Positions 27,171 to 40,542 of a stretch of DNA of 64,000 bases are shown here, piece after piece. Where the stretch lies: NCBI RefSeq assembly GCF_018977255.1, contig NW_024704742.1:70496001-70560000 (forward strand). Direction: 5' to 3'. The notes below the pieces were generated by a model, which was given only the letters and a program-made list of their open reading frames with translations, made no database searches and was not told where the DNA came from. How positions within the stretch are numbered: the first letter of the stretch is position 1; the number at the start of each line of letters is the position of its first letter. The stretch is from Callorhinchus milii (taxonomy: Eukaryota). The translations under genes were made by a program, and so were the position numbers.

Positions 27171-28984
27171 TATTTTATTAGATGCCGTTGGGTGTAACAA
27201 GAGAATAACAATATGTTGTACAATAGCACTGGTATAACTGAAAGCCGTCACTGCTGCTATGAAGTGATGTTTCTTTCTTGACTGCACAAGTGATAAATCT
27301 AACAAGAAACACAAGGAACACCAGGAGAAACTCAAGCACTAGCCTGGGGAACAACTCAAAGGTTTACACTGTCTGAGCGATTGAGCTGTGAGGTATGAGG
27401 GTTTGATACTGATGTCAAATGGGAGAAACATTCTGATCAGACGGTTAAAGAACAAGAGACATATCAAACATCATGAGGGAAAGAGAGAGAGAGAAAAGCA
27501 ATAAATATTCCTCTGCTCCCTGCACTGTCAAACTGACTCAGGCTTTCCCACCGCTTTGTGTTTGAGTCTTGAAAATTGTGGGTGAAAGCCTCGCTTCTGA
27601 CTCCGAGTTCTCAATCGAGGCCAATATTCCAGCGCAGTGCTGGATTGGTGGGGGAGAAAACGCCCACCATATTTCGTAGGATTTGGAGGGCCAGACTGAT
27701 CACTGGGGGCAGGGAATCATCCTACTCAGCTCCTGTTAACCCTGCAAGCCAAAGCTCTAACGGGTAGGGTGGTCCTATCTGGACAAGCAGCGGGAAAGCT
27801 TAACAGGCAGGGCCCTCCAATGGCAAGCTATGTGGTTTTGGCTGGTTGGACTCCAGCAGTTAACCCAACGGACATTCTAGTTTCCCCAAGCCTTGGCTCT
27901 TGTCAACCTGTGTCTTAACGCCCTCCAGGATTAGGAAAGCAGGATGTGTCCTTCCGAGAGAGAGTGTATTGCATTTCAGGCACAGAGAAATTTCCATGGT
28001 GGTATACATATGTGGGACTCTCGGTCTGGTTTTGATACTCTTAATAATAATAATAATATTATCTTAAGCACGGTGATGGGTTTCCATGATTGCTTTCAGT
28101 GATGGGTGGTCAGGCCACATTGTGGAAGCCTGTCCTCTGACTGTGTGGGATCACAGTCATCACTTCACTCGGCACACCTACAGATTACACACTGAGACAG
28201 ACTCCTTAGCTAACTGAATTACACACTTGCCATCTGTCACTGCCAATTGGTGTGTGACGTTTGCAGAGGTTGGGAGCAGACCCAGGGTTAATAAGGAACT
28301 AATATGCTGACTCCATTACTCCTCTCCTGACACAGGCTGTCTTAAGTGATAACTGCTTCAATAAATACATTTATCTGCAACAATAATAATAATCCTTGCA
28401 TTTGATACCACGCCTTTAACATCAAATATTTTTCTGTGTGATCAGCCGGCTGCCTGATTGTCCAATGGTCCTGGCTGATGATTCCCCAGATGAAATTGGT
28501 TGCTCACTTCACAGCTGTTTGTGCGGAGTTGCTGGGCACAAATTGGCTGGCGCATTTGGCTACAAACACACAGTCATTGCACTTTACAGTGTACCCTGTG
28601 AAGCATTTTGTGATGTCCTGATGTGAAAACCGCTGAATCAAATGCAAGGATTATTATTGCTATTTACAATAAAGAGGTTTGGAGCCTTTCCAGCAGTAAG
28701 CAAATTTCTGTGTTAAAGAATAAAAACTATTCTTCAATGTCCCTTTTGACAAAATTTAATATTGGAAAGTGCAACCCCAGCAGAATAGCGAGCCTGAGCC
28801 GTAATTATTGTTAACAATATGAAACAAATTTATATTGATATTAAACATTTACACAGCGCCTTTCACATCAGTCTGAAAGAGCATAGCCTCTCGCTCACGT
28901 ACTCGCTCCCTTGTGTGTTTGTGGGTGCGGGGGAGGAACTTGGCCACAATGTAATCCCTTTTTACAATCAAACTTCTCATTTTA

Positions 28985-29353
28985 TTATAATAATAATCAT
29001 AAACCTTGCATTTGATATAGCATCTTATGTTAAGACGTCCCAAAGCGCTTCACAGAATATATTGTAAAGTAAATTGACTGTAAATTTTGTGGGTGAAACG
29101 CGGCAGCCAATTGAACACAGACAACAGTATCCCACAGACAGTCATGATTTGCGTGACCAAATTTTTTTGGGGAGGATTATTGTCCCCGGAAAGCGATCTG
29201 CCAATCGACTAACAACCGGGTTCCTGCTTACTACTAGGTAAACAGGCATGTGGAGTAAGGAAACTTGCCTAAGGTTTCACCCTGGCCGGGAAATTAATTT
29301 GGATCCTCTCACTTGTGAGGTGAGCGCACTAACCACGACATTACAGGATACCA
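28985..29353 (-). mobile_element. Second tRNA-SINE family, long form
   Basis: head + extra segment + tail. Confidence 0.82.
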
Positions 29354-30789
29354 CATAATATTGTTTTTACTCATGCTCATCTAGCACCTGGGAGGAAGTG
29401 GGGATGGGAGAGAAAATGATAGAGCCCAGAGGAGGGAGGGTGGGGGGGAGAAAATGGTAGGGTCCAGAGCAGGAGGGGGGGAGAAAATGGTGGGGTCTGA
29501 TATAAGGGTAAACGATGAGAGAGGAAGCATTGATGTGGCCTGTCTTGCCCGAGGAGTCGATGCTTTTTTGGGGTGTGTGAGAGAGAGAGAGCTTCACTAG
29601 ACAGGGAGCCAAAGCAGAAAACACCAGTCCCCATACAGCAGCGACAGTCCGTAGTGTAGTAGGTGACACACTGGAGGGAGACAAGGGGTCTTTTATTCAT
29701 CCCAATACAACAGCAACTATTTAATGTGTACACTGCGCCCTTCACGCAGGATAGCGTCTCTGAGATCTATACAGTGGCTGACCACTGAGCGAGGGTCCCG
29801 GCCTCCAGTTCAGTCCTTCAGGCTGACATTAGAAATCCTGTGTAAGCGTCTCACTGCCGAGTCAAAGTTATAATAATAATCCTTGCATTTTATAAAGCAC
29901 CTTATCATGTTGTTGAGACGTCTTAAAGAGCTTCACTGAATATACTATAAAGTGAATTGTCTGTATATTTTGTGGACAAAACTTGGCAGCCAATTGCACA
30001 CAGCAGTGTCCCACAAACGGTCCCCATGTTGGGATTTTGAAACTATAAAGATTTGCCATCCTTCGGATGAGACAGTAAGCCTTTCCAGGTGGATGTCAAA
30101 GATCCCACGGCGCTATTCGGAAGAGAAGGGAGTTTCTCTCAGGGTCCTCTCTGCCCTCCCCCTCCCCCCCTCCCCACTCCCCAGATAAATTTACTGCCTC
30201 CAGGGTTGTTTGTGGGATCTTTTTGTGTGCAAATTGGCTATCCGACTGGAGCTCTCTGCTCTAAGGCCCTGCTGTTTTGTCCGAATTCTTCAAGTATTAT
30301 TCCCTCAAGTACTTATTCTTGGAAACAGGTCACTTATTGTAAAGTGTTCCAGTTTCTAACAAACCTCCACACAATAAAAATTCATCTAACCTTCCCCTTT
30401 CTTCTGCCGCTGCTTCTCTGAGGGCAGTAACATCTTTACACTACATCACTTCATCCATTCCCAATGGCAACCACTGACTGACAAGCAGCCACCGTTCTAC
30501 TGAATAACACTGAGAAGCCGTGCTCAATGCTCAGAGCCTGGCTCAGTCGCTCGCGCTCTCACCTCTGGCTCAGAAGGTTATGGATTCAAGCCCCTCCCCT
30601 ACAAACCCACAAACACTTCGAAGACTCTGAGTTCACAGTCGAAGCCTCTTTCTGCACTGTACCGTTCAGTGTTCTTTAACCCCTGCCTTTTATAGATTCA
30701 GAGCAAGTGCAGCTCAGAAATATGCCATTCAGCACATCCAATCTGGTTGGCGTCTATACTTCACACAAGATTTGCTAATATATATTGAT

Positions 30790-31135
30790 AATCATTGCAT
30801 TTGATATGGCACCTTATCATATCATTGAGAAACCTCAAAGGGCTGGATAAAATATAATGTAAAGTGGATTAACTGTATTTTGTGGGCGAAATGTGGTAGC
30901 CAATTGAGCACAGCAATGTCCCACAAACAGTTGTGGATTGAGTGGCCTAATTTTTTTTGGAAGGATTATTATCCCTGGAATGCGATCCGTCAATCGACTG
31001 ACAACCTGGTTCCTACTTATTGCTTGGTAAACAGAAGCATGGAGTAAGGAAACCTGCCTAAGGTTTCGCCCTGCCCGGGAATCAAACCGGATCCTCTCAC
31101 TTGCGAGGCGAGTGCTCTAACCACTATGCAACATC
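30790..31135 (-). mobile_element. Second tRNA-SINE family, long form
   Basis: head + extra segment + tail. Confidence 0.82.
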
Positions 31136-32989
31136 CTATCCTATATCGTATCCCGAGTGATGTATCCCTTACATTTGAAATGCCTTTCACTTCAGGAGGA
31201 CGTCTCAAAGCGCTTCATAGGTTGTACTGCAAATTGCAGTGAATGGTGAACGCGGCAGCCAATTTGCACGCCACCATGTCCTACAAACAACCATGGAGTG
31301 AATCGTTGACTTTATCTGGGGGATTGTAAGCCAAGGCACCTCGAGAAAAACTTCCTGCCCTTTCCAAATAGTGCCGCAGGACCTTTAACCTGGATAGGCA
31401 AACAGGACCTCAGTTTAACATCTCATCTGAAGGACGGCGCCTCGGACAATGCAGTGCTCCCCCCAGCACTGCACCAGAGCATCAGTACAGCATTTTTTCT
31501 CCAATGCAGCACATGGCAAACTCCATCAAGTCTGCCCCAGCTCTCAGGGAAAGCTGTCCGTTCAATCCCGTTGCCTTGCCCTATCCCCATCCCCTCCCCT
31601 CAAGTCTCTTCATATTCCTCTCTACTTCCCTCTCAAAACCACTCACACACACACACAGATACTCACAGACATACCACTCACATATACAGAGAGACGCACA
31701 CATGCACACAGACGTGCAGAGAGAGAAATGCACACATAAGATTCACAGATATGTACACAGACGTATATACACACATACAGACACTTTCACCATCATGTAC
31801 AAACACAATCACTGACATATACTGTAGACTGGTTTTCATTGATTCTGATTCTGGCAAAAAAAGTAAATTAAACAAAGCCGATTTATTTATAAAAAGCACC
31901 TTAGATAATACCAAACAGAGGCAGAAGTCAGTGATTGTATTGTTGTTGGTGCTGATAAAAGAATAGCGAGGCTGGCTACTATCATTAAATACCACTTTAT
32001 TTTCCCGTCAGTTAAACCGTCCTCTCAGGGATCAGCCTCTCCATTACAACACAACAGCAGATTAGCAAACACTCCAATCATCCCGTTCCTGTACACCTCA
32101 CTCCCACAGCACCAGCTGGCCATGGTGCTGAGGAGGGAGAAGGAAAGGTGAGGAGAGGTGAGGAGGGAAGGAGAGTTGAGGGGGGAGGAGAGGGGGGAGA
32201 AGAGGTGAGCGGAGAGGGGAGGAGAGATGAGGGGAGAGGTGAGGGGGGAGGAGATATGTGGTGTGGGGGAGGTGAGGGGGCAAGAGAGGTAAGGGGGGAG
32301 GAGATGTGTGGCGTGGGGGGAGGAGGAGGTTGGTTGGAAGAAAAGGATAAACCTTATGGAAAAGCTAAGTTTTCTCTGGGAAGGAGAAGGTTGGGACACG
32401 ATCTCTGTGTCAGGCAGCCTGAGAGAAGGTTGTACAGAATTCTCTAGCAGTGTTTGAATTTAAATATTCTCCTCATTTTCCTCTGAGGAGAGAAATGTTC
32501 AGCAAGATGAGCAGGAGCTGGCTCCGCAATTCATTTGTATTCAGGGGAATCAGCAACTGCAGCATTTTATTTTCAATGTTCCCTTTCAATCCGCTCTCCC
32601 TCAGTCCTTCTCTTTTTCTTTCTTTGTTCTCTCTCCTCTTCTTTTTTTGTTCCTTTCCTCTTTCCTTCCTTTCGTCCATAAAATATAGTCAATTCACTTT
32701 ACAGTATATTCTGTGAAGCGCTTTGAGATGTCTCGAAGGCGTAATAACGTCGCAACGTCAAATGCAAAGATTATATTTATTCCTTCTCCCCTTTCCTTCC
32801 CAAATAGTCCGAGATATACAATAAAAACACAAGACAGTTGTGGGTGATCGAAGTGTTAGCGTAGACAATGAGCTCAAATTCCCCGACATGGAGCTTGAAC
32901 CCACAATGACCAAGACTGAATTGAGCAATTTTAAGTCAGAAGGTGAATTCAAACCCTACATCTCCACTTTGTCTTCAGGAGTGGCTTCA

Positions 32990-34012
32990 CCTCTAGCCCC
33001 CGCACTCTCTCGTATGGCGTTCCTCAGGGCTGTGTACTCTCCTCTTCAATATCTATACACTCCCTCTTGGTGACATTATCTGCAGACATGGGGTCAACTT
33101 CCACATGTATACGGGTGATTGTATCTCTCTGCCTCCACCCTTGACTCCAGGTCCACTGCTGTCCTGACAAATGTCTGTCAGACATCAAGTCCTGGATGAG
33201 AGCTAACTTTCTACAAGACTGAGACCCTCCTGATTGGCTCCTGACAGCGCCTCCTCACCTCGGGCACTGACAGCATTACCATCCATGGTTGCACACTCCA
33301 TCTTACTAAGCCAGTCCAGAACCTTGGCGTCTTGTTTCACCCTCATCTGTCCTTTTCCCCTACATCCATGCCATGACCCCTCTGCCTTCCTCCACCTCCG
33401 CAACATCTCCCATCTCCGTCACTGCCTCACCCCTCAGGCTGCCGAAACCGTGCTCGACTGTGCCAACTCCCTGCTTGTCAGCCTTCCCAACTCTTTCCTC
33501 TAAAAGCTGCAGATCATCCAGAACTCTGCAGCTCGTGTCCTCTCCCGCAATAGGCTCCGTGACCCCATCATCCCCACTCTCATCCAGGTCCGCTGGTTCC
33601 CCATCCCCCAGAGGAGAGAGTTCAAAATCCTCGCCCTTGCCTTTAAAGCCGTCCACTGCCTTGCTCTGTGATCTGCTAACCCCATATCAACCTATCCGCT
33701 CCCTCCGTTCAGCAGGCTCAGGCCTGCTCCACGTCTCCCACCCGGCCTGCCATCAGCGGTCGGGCCTTCAGCTTCTCTGCCACCATCCTTTGGCCTCCTT
33801 CCCACATTCCCTTTGCCTCACTCCCTCCCTCCCTTGCTTTCTCCAAGGCATGTCTCTAGACCTTCTTCTTCGGCCACCCTGTTACTCCTATCCTCGCTGC
33901 CCTCCACCCTCCTGATTCCAACATCCAGCTCAGGTCCAAATCCTTGACAGTCCAGAGCCTTGGGACATCCTCCCAGTGGAAATGGCGCTATACATATGTA
34001 ATTTGTTGTTGT
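32990..34012 (+). mobile_element. L2 LINE 3' fragment with decayed RT region
   Basis: decayed ORF2 (DIKSWMRANFL, LRNISHLR, KLQIIQNSAARVL); TTG tail. Confidence 0.85.
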
Positions 34013-34204
34013 TGAGTCTCAGTTGGGGTGGGGAGGTTATGTTGGAGTTTCTATGTATTGTTTTTGTGTGTATTTGTGGAGGGGAAGGAGGAGATATCTC
34101 AAGAATTCTCAGGAGAACACCAGGAGAGAGAAACTTCCTTTTCCTTTCCAATAGAATTACGAGATTGTTAACATCCGCCTGAACAGAGCACAGATGGGAC
34201 CTCG

Positions 34205-34810
34205 GTTCAACAACAACAACAGTAAAATGACATTTGTAAAGCGCCTTTCATATCGGGAGGATGTCCCAAGGCGCTGGACATTCAGTGTTTCGGACCCGAG
34301 CTGGGGGTCAGGAACGGGGAGGGTGGAGGGAAGTGGGGGAAGGAGGGTGATCAAAGGCACGGTTGAAGAGGAAGATTTTGAGACAGTGTTGAAGGAGGCA
34401 AGGGAGGGGGTGAGGCATAGCGATTGCGGGATGGAGTTCCAGAGCATGGGGGCAGAGTGGCTGAAGGCCCACCCGCCAATGATGGGGCGAGCGAGGCAGG
34501 GGACGTGAAGCAGGCCGGAGCCCGCTGAGCGAAGAGAGCAGAGTTAGGGGAGAGCAAGGCTTTGAAGGTGAGGAACAGGATCTTGAATTGCATCCTCTGT
34601 GTAATGGGAAGAACCACAACAAGTTGCACTTATTTAGTGCTTCCAAGCAGGGTTGCATCTCAGAGTGCTTAACAGTGGCGGAGTCTGACTCCGAGCTGGG
34701 GTGGGGTGGTGGGTCGTGGGGGGAAGGTGGGCGTAAGCACGGTCGAAGAGGAAAGTTTTCAGCCAGGACTTGAAAAGGGAAACTTGAAAGATAGTGGAGT
34801 CGGGCGAGGA
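34205..34810 (-). mobile_element. Two tandem L2 3' fragments
   Basis: two CAACAA tails at ~34207 and ~34616. Confidence 0.75.
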
Positions 34811-35214
34811 AGTGGGTGATAGGTTCATGTGATATCAGCCGCACAATAGAAATCTTTAATAATTTATGAGTTTGCATTTCTTCACAAGACCTCCCTGTTC
34901 ACCTCATTGTCTGTGTAATTATTGTTCAATTTATTTTGCAATAGGTTTACACAATTTAATCTTGTTTTTCCTGCTTCAAATTCATAAGATTGTGCTCCCG
35001 GGCCCAGCACATATTAATCTCTGACTAAGTGATGCCCGTGTAAGGTCTTTTTTTTCCCTACACCTTTGTATTGACGCCAATTATAACATTATGTAGAGGA
35101 AGGACTCTTAACAGGTGAAAGGGGCTAATTATTCAACAAAGGAAATTGAGGCCATGACGCTGGGTCTTGCTTGGGAATTAGCCGGTCTCTTTGACAGGTG
35201 AATGAGAAGGATAA

Positions 35215-35640
35215 CATAGGAACATAAGAATTTGCTCGATGAAAGACCAGGATCCATCCAGTTCGCCTTCCGCCATCCTGGCAGTCGCACGCACATGTCA
35301 CGTCCCAAACTACATACTGAATGCCAAGATATTATTTTCTAAAAGAAATCTATCTAATTTGTTGTTGAAAGAATCCACACTTTCTGCTTCCACTGTCCCC
35401 CTAGGGAGCCTTTTCCATACGTTTACTGGTCGCTCGTTGAAGTAGTGTTTCCGCAGATTTGTTCTGAACTTACCCCCACTTCAATCGCAGGTCGTGTCCT
35501 CTGGTTCTGGACAAGATAAAACAGTTATCATGGTCTACTTTATCCCTTTAGTCCCTTTAGAAACTTAAGAAATGCTATCATACCACCTCTCAACCTTCTC
35601 AGCATGAACATGCCCAGATGGATGAGATGAGATCAATGAT
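35215..35640 (-). mobile_element. CR1 LINE 3' fragment
   Basis: CATAGGAACATAAG tail; decayed ORF2 end. Confidence 0.7.
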
Positions 35641-35733
35641 TTTTCACTGTATTGTGTGATAGTCTGATCCATCTGCTCTCGCCCTCTCCCTCCCACTCGC
35701 GTAACTAACCCTAGATTGTTTGCCGTTGCACAG

Positions 35734-35875
35734 AACAAGGTTTTCATTTACCGAGGCAAAGAGTACGAGAGGCGCGAGGACTTCGAGTTGCAGCTCATGA
35801 TGCAGTTCCCGAACGCTGAGAAAATGAAAACAACATCGCCTCCGGGGGTGGATCTCAGGAGTGGCCCAGGACAAT
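35734..35875 (+). CDS. dock2-like: DOCK exon J ([17 protein letters not shown]...PGQ)
   Basis: cag|AAC...T|gtatcctt (U12-type donor). Confidence 0.96.
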
Positions 35876-35916
35876 GTATCCTTCCTCTCCATTTTGCTTT
35901 TATAAAATAGTTTGTG

Positions 35917-36400
35917 TGTCAGCCGCGCTCAGTTGATAGCACTCTCACTACTAATGATTTCCAAGTCTCCCACTTCAGTACTTGGACTCAAATAGTCCAG
36001 GTTGATGCAGTGGGAAAGGGAAGGGGGCCCTGTTGGCGGAGGTGCCGTCCTTTCCGAAGAGACGTTAAACAGAAGTCCCGTCCACGTGTTCAGGTGGATG
36101 TTAAAGATCCCGCAGCGCTATTCCTCGGCACTGGAGCATCACTGCCCCCTGCTGGTTGGTTACCTTTACTGTCGTTCACAGTCATTCAGTGCTTCACTCT
36201 CCCAGTGTCCTGGCCACGAATTCCCCAGATAAAATGATTTACTCATTTCATGGTTATTTGCGGGATGTTGCTGGGTGCAAATTGGCTGCTGAGTTTGCCT
36301 ACAAAATGCAGGCACTACACTTTACAGAAAACCCTGAGTAGCTCTTTCAAATTCTTCCCATCATGAAAGGCCCTGTATCAAATGTAAGAATTATTATTAT
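35917..36400 (+). mobile_element. Deu-domain SINE carrying the 67-nt acceptor copy
   Basis: family sequence is interrupted where AAAAGAGAAGGGAGTTTCTC normally lies. Confidence 0.85.
36131..36197 (+). repeat. Perfect 67-nt copy of 36920-36986 (branch point + acceptor + start of exon K) inside a SINE
   Basis: base-by-base identity. Confidence 0.95.
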
Positions 36401-36970
36401 TCAATTTACATTCACACAGCGCCTTTCACATCAGAAGGGCATCTCAAAGTGATTCACCTGCATAAGGAGGGGGATGGGGGGATGGGGAAGGGTAAAGATG
36501 AACAAAACAACAGTCTTGAGGTAGAACTTGAATGGAGGAAGGCAGGTAGAGAAGCAGAGGGACTCTGGGAGGAAGCTCTCGTATTGTTGGAGCTCCCTCG
36601 CTGTATCAAATCCCCTTTGGCTTGAAGGTTAATAGGAGCTGAGTGGGAGGATTCCCTGCCCCCAGTGACTGCTCTGCCCATCCAAGACCTGCCGATGAGC
36701 CGGGCTGGGCTGGGCTGGGCTGTCATCAGCAGTGCCCTGGAATACTGCCGATCCACCACTAAAGACCCACACAGATGATGGACTGGATTCCGACATTCTA
36801 TGGCCAAACATGTCACATTGGAGCCAGTTCATCTCCGAGACCGCGCTCACCTTCCACCACCTCCGTCGGATGGGTAGAGGAGGTGGTGAGACATGTTTCT
36901 GCACTGGGGAATGGTCTGCCTGGAGCATCACTGCCCCCTGCTGGTTGGTTACCTTTACTGTCGTTCACAG

Positions 36971-37052
36971 TCATTCAGTGCTTCACCGTCCAGCCCGTCC
37001 AGGAGGAACCGAGCAAATTCCACAACAAAAATGTTCCAGAACAGATTGTCAA
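36971..37052 (+). CDS. dock2-like: DOCK exon K (FIQCFTVQPVQEEPSKFHNKNVPEQIV)
   Basis: cag|TC...AA|gtaggt; IQCFTVQP motif. Confidence 0.95.
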
Positions 37053-37164
37053 GTAGGTCACTCAACAACAACAACATGCACTTATGTAGCGCCCTCCATG
37101 CAGAGTAGCGTCTCAGAGTGCTCGGCAACCACTACGCACACAAGACCTGCATGGAAATGCAAAT

Positions 37165-38300
37165 TGGGGGATGTCAGGGGATGTGGGGGTTGGATGTGTG
37201 GGGGGGTTTGTGGTATTGAGAGTATGGGTGGGGGTTGGGTTGGGGGTGGGGGTGTTGGGGGAGTTGGGTTTGGGGTGGGGGTGTTGGGGGAGTTGGGTTT
37301 GGGGTTGGGGTGTTGGGGAGTTGGGTTTGGGGTGGGGGTGTTGGGGGAGTTGGGTTTGGGGTGGGGGTGGGTTGGGGGAGTTGGGTTTGGGGTGGGGGGT
37401 TGGGGGAGTTGGGTTTGGGTGGGGTGTTGGGGGAGTTGGGTTTGGGGTGGGGGGTTGGGGAGTTGGGTTTGGGGTGGGGGTTGGGGGAGTTGGGTTTGGG
37501 GTGGAGGTGTTGGGGGAGTTGGGTTTGGGTGGGGGTGTGGGGGAGTTGGGTTTGGGGTGGGGGTGTTGGGGTGGGGTGGTTGGGGGAGTTGGGTTTGGGG
37601 TGGGGGGTTGGGGGAGTTGGGTTTGGGGTGGGGGGTTGGGTTGGGGGTGTGGGGGAGTTGGGTTTGGGGTGGGGGGGTTAGGTTGGGGGTGTGGGGGTGT
37701 TGTGGGGTTGGGTTTGGGGTTGGGGTGTTGGGGAGTTGGGTTTGGGGTGGGGGGGTTGGGGGAGTTGGGTTTGGGTGGGGGTGTTGGGGGAGTTGGGTTT
37801 GGGGTGGGGGGTTTGGGGTGGGTTTGGGGTGGGGGTGTTGGGGGGGTTGGGTTTGGGGTGGGGGGGTTTGGGGGTTGGGTTTGGGTGTGGGGTGTGGGGG
37901 GGGTTGGGTTTGGGGTGGGGGTGTTGGGGGGTTGGTTTGGGTGGGGGTGTTGGGGGGTTGGGTTTGGGGTGGGGGTTGGGGGGTTGGGTTTGGGGTGGGG
38001 TGTTGGGGGGTTGGGTTTGGGGTTGGTGTTGGGGTTGGGTTTGGGTGGGGTGTTGGGGGGTTGGTTTGGGGGTGGGGTGTTGGGGAGTTGGGTTTGGGTG
38101 GGGGTTGGGAGTTGGGTTTGTGGGTGGGGGTTGGGTGGGTGGTTGGGGGTTGGGTTTGGGGTGGGGGTGTTGGGGGGTTGGGTTTGGGGTGGGGTGTTGG
38201 GGGGGTTGGGTTTGGGGTGGGGGTGTTGGGGGGGTTGGGTTTGGGGTGGGGGTGTTGGGGGGGTTGGGTTTGGGGTGGGGGTGTTGGGGGGGTTGGTTTA
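37165..38300 (+). repeat. G/T-rich ~29-nt satellite (GGGGGTGTTGGGGGAGTTGGGTTTGGGGT)n
   Basis: seen directly; fills intron K-L. Confidence 0.95.
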
Positions 38301-38331
38301 GGGCTGTCACCCACTCACTTTGTTTCCGCAG

Positions 38332-38416
38332 CTTTTTCAAAGCCAACAATGTGGTGAAGTTCAGTTACTCTCGGCCGGTGAGGAAAGGAGAGAAAGACCC
38401 AGAGAACGAGTTTGCT
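38332..38416 (+). CDS. dock2-like: DOCK exon L (NFFKANNVVKFSYSRPVRKGEKDPENEFA)
   Basis: cag|C...GCT|gtgagt. Confidence 0.96.
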
Positions 38417-38454
38417 GTGAGTGACTGTAACTGTCACAGTGTCACAGTGTGTGT

Positions 38455-39657
38455 ACACACTCACTGACACACTCACTGACAACTCACCGACACACTCACT
38501 GACACACAATGGCGCACACTGACACATACTGACACACTGATACATACATACTCTTGTCTTGACACTCACACTGACACACTCACACTGACACACTCACACT
38601 GACACACTCACACTGACACACACTGACACTCACACTGACACACTGACTACACACTCACACTGTCACACTCACACTGACACACTCACACTGACACACTCAC
38701 ACTGACACTCACACTGACACACTCACACTGACACTCACACTGACACACTCACACTGACACTCACACTGACACACTCACACTGACACTCACACTGACACAC
38801 TCACACTGACACACTCACACTGACACACTCACACTGACACTGTAACAATGACCTGGTAACACTGACACTCACACTGACACACTCACACTGACACACTCAC
38901 ACTGACACACTCACACTGACACACTCACACTGACACACTCACACTGACACTCACACTGACACACTCACACTGACACTCACACTGACACTCAACACTGACA
39001 CTCACACTGACACACTCACACTGACACTCACACTGACACACTCACACTGACACACTCACACTGACACTCACACTGACACACTCACACTGACACTCACACT
39101 GACACACTCACACTGACACACTCACACTGACACTCACACTGACACACTCACACTGACACACTCACACTGACACTCACACTGACACACTCACACTGACACA
39201 CTCACACTGACACTCACACTGACACACTCACACTGACACACTCACACTGACACTCACACTGACACACTCACACTGACACACTCACACTGACACTCACACT
39301 GACACACTCACACTGACACTCACACTGACACACTCACACTGACACACTCACACTGACACTCACACTGACACTCACACTGACACACTCACACTGACACATA
39401 CACTGACACTGACACTCACACTGACACACTCACACTGACACACTCACACTGACACTCACACTGACACACTCACACTGACACTCACACTGACACACTCACA
39501 CTGACACACTCACACTGACACTCACACTGACACACTCACACTGATTCTCACACTGACACTGTAACAATGACCTGGTAACACTGACACACACTCACACTGA
39601 CACACACTCACACTGACACACACTCACACTGACACACACTCACACTGACACACTCAC
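38455..39657 (+). repeat. (CACTGACACT/CACTGACACACT)n 10/12-nt tandem array
   Basis: seen directly; begins ~40 nt after the exon L donor. Confidence 0.95.
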
Positions 39658-39957
39658 AAGATGGAGTGATTGAGAAAGGGAATCCGTCGTTTCGGGGAAT
39701 AGTGGCTCACCTACTCCAAAAAGTCTATGAGGATCATCAGACAATAACTGAAACCCCCTCTGAACTCATGTTGACCATAATTTTTAGATTATTTTTATAT
39801 CTGATAATCGATTACATCATTTTTCCATCTTTTGAGGTCAGGCTCAATAAATGTTTAAAGTTGCCAGGTTTAGTTCTGACTAGACATTATAGGCTGTATA
39901 AAATACATGGATTATTGTTATGATATGATGTGTGTAACAAGCCATTTGTCTGTCAGT

Positions 39958-40455
39958 CAGTGTCAGTCTGGCTCAGGCGGTAGAACTCTCGCCTTTGAAT
40001 CAGAAAGTTATGGGATCAAACGGGCCTTGGAACTCATATAGTCTATGCTGCCAAACCATGCCATGCGAGGGGTGTGCTGCATTATTGGAGGTGCTGTCCT
40101 CCAGGAAGCTACCCCACATGAAGGGCACTATAAATTCAGGTTGTTGTTGTCCTTCAGGTGCGACGTTTAAACCGAGCCTGTTTAGGTGGATATTAAAGAT
40201 CCTGCAGCACTATTCGAAAAGAGAAGGGAGTTTCTCTCTCCCAGTGTCCTGGCTGACAATGCCCCTAATAAAAACAGTCACTCACTCCATGGCTGTTTGA
40301 GAAACGTTGCTGTGTGCAAATTGGCTGCCATGTTTCCTACAAAATACAGTCCACAACACTATACAGTAAATTCCTGTGAAGCGCTTTGTGAGTCTCTAGT
40401 CCTAATGTGATGAAGTGCTATAGTGAATGCCAGGATTATTTTTATTATTATTATT
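39958..40455 (+). mobile_element. Deu-domain SINE with embedded L2 tail
   Basis: head, core, (ATT)n tail. Confidence 0.8.
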
Positions 40456-40542
40456 AGCTGCTGTCTTGTCTCCTTACGGGTTGGGAGGCAACATGAACCA
40501 CTGTGTTCATCTGGTAATTATTTTATTTTTCCTCCTCCGCAG

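Larger units (their letters stand above)
35876..36970 (+). other. Probable U12-type (minor spliceosome) GT-AG intron
   Basis: 5'SS GTATCCTTC; branch-like TTACCTTTAC at 36949-36958 with A 13 nt from the 3' end; no long polypyrimidine tract. Confidence 0.8.

Noticed and set aside
37165..38300. Interstitial telomere
   Set aside because: Unit is not (TTAGGG)n; only one TTAGGG, at the array end
36732..38467. Long Gly/Trp/Val- and Pro/Thr-rich ORFs (up to 541 aa) on both strands
   Set aside because: By-products of the stop-free G-rich satellite inside a DOCK intron
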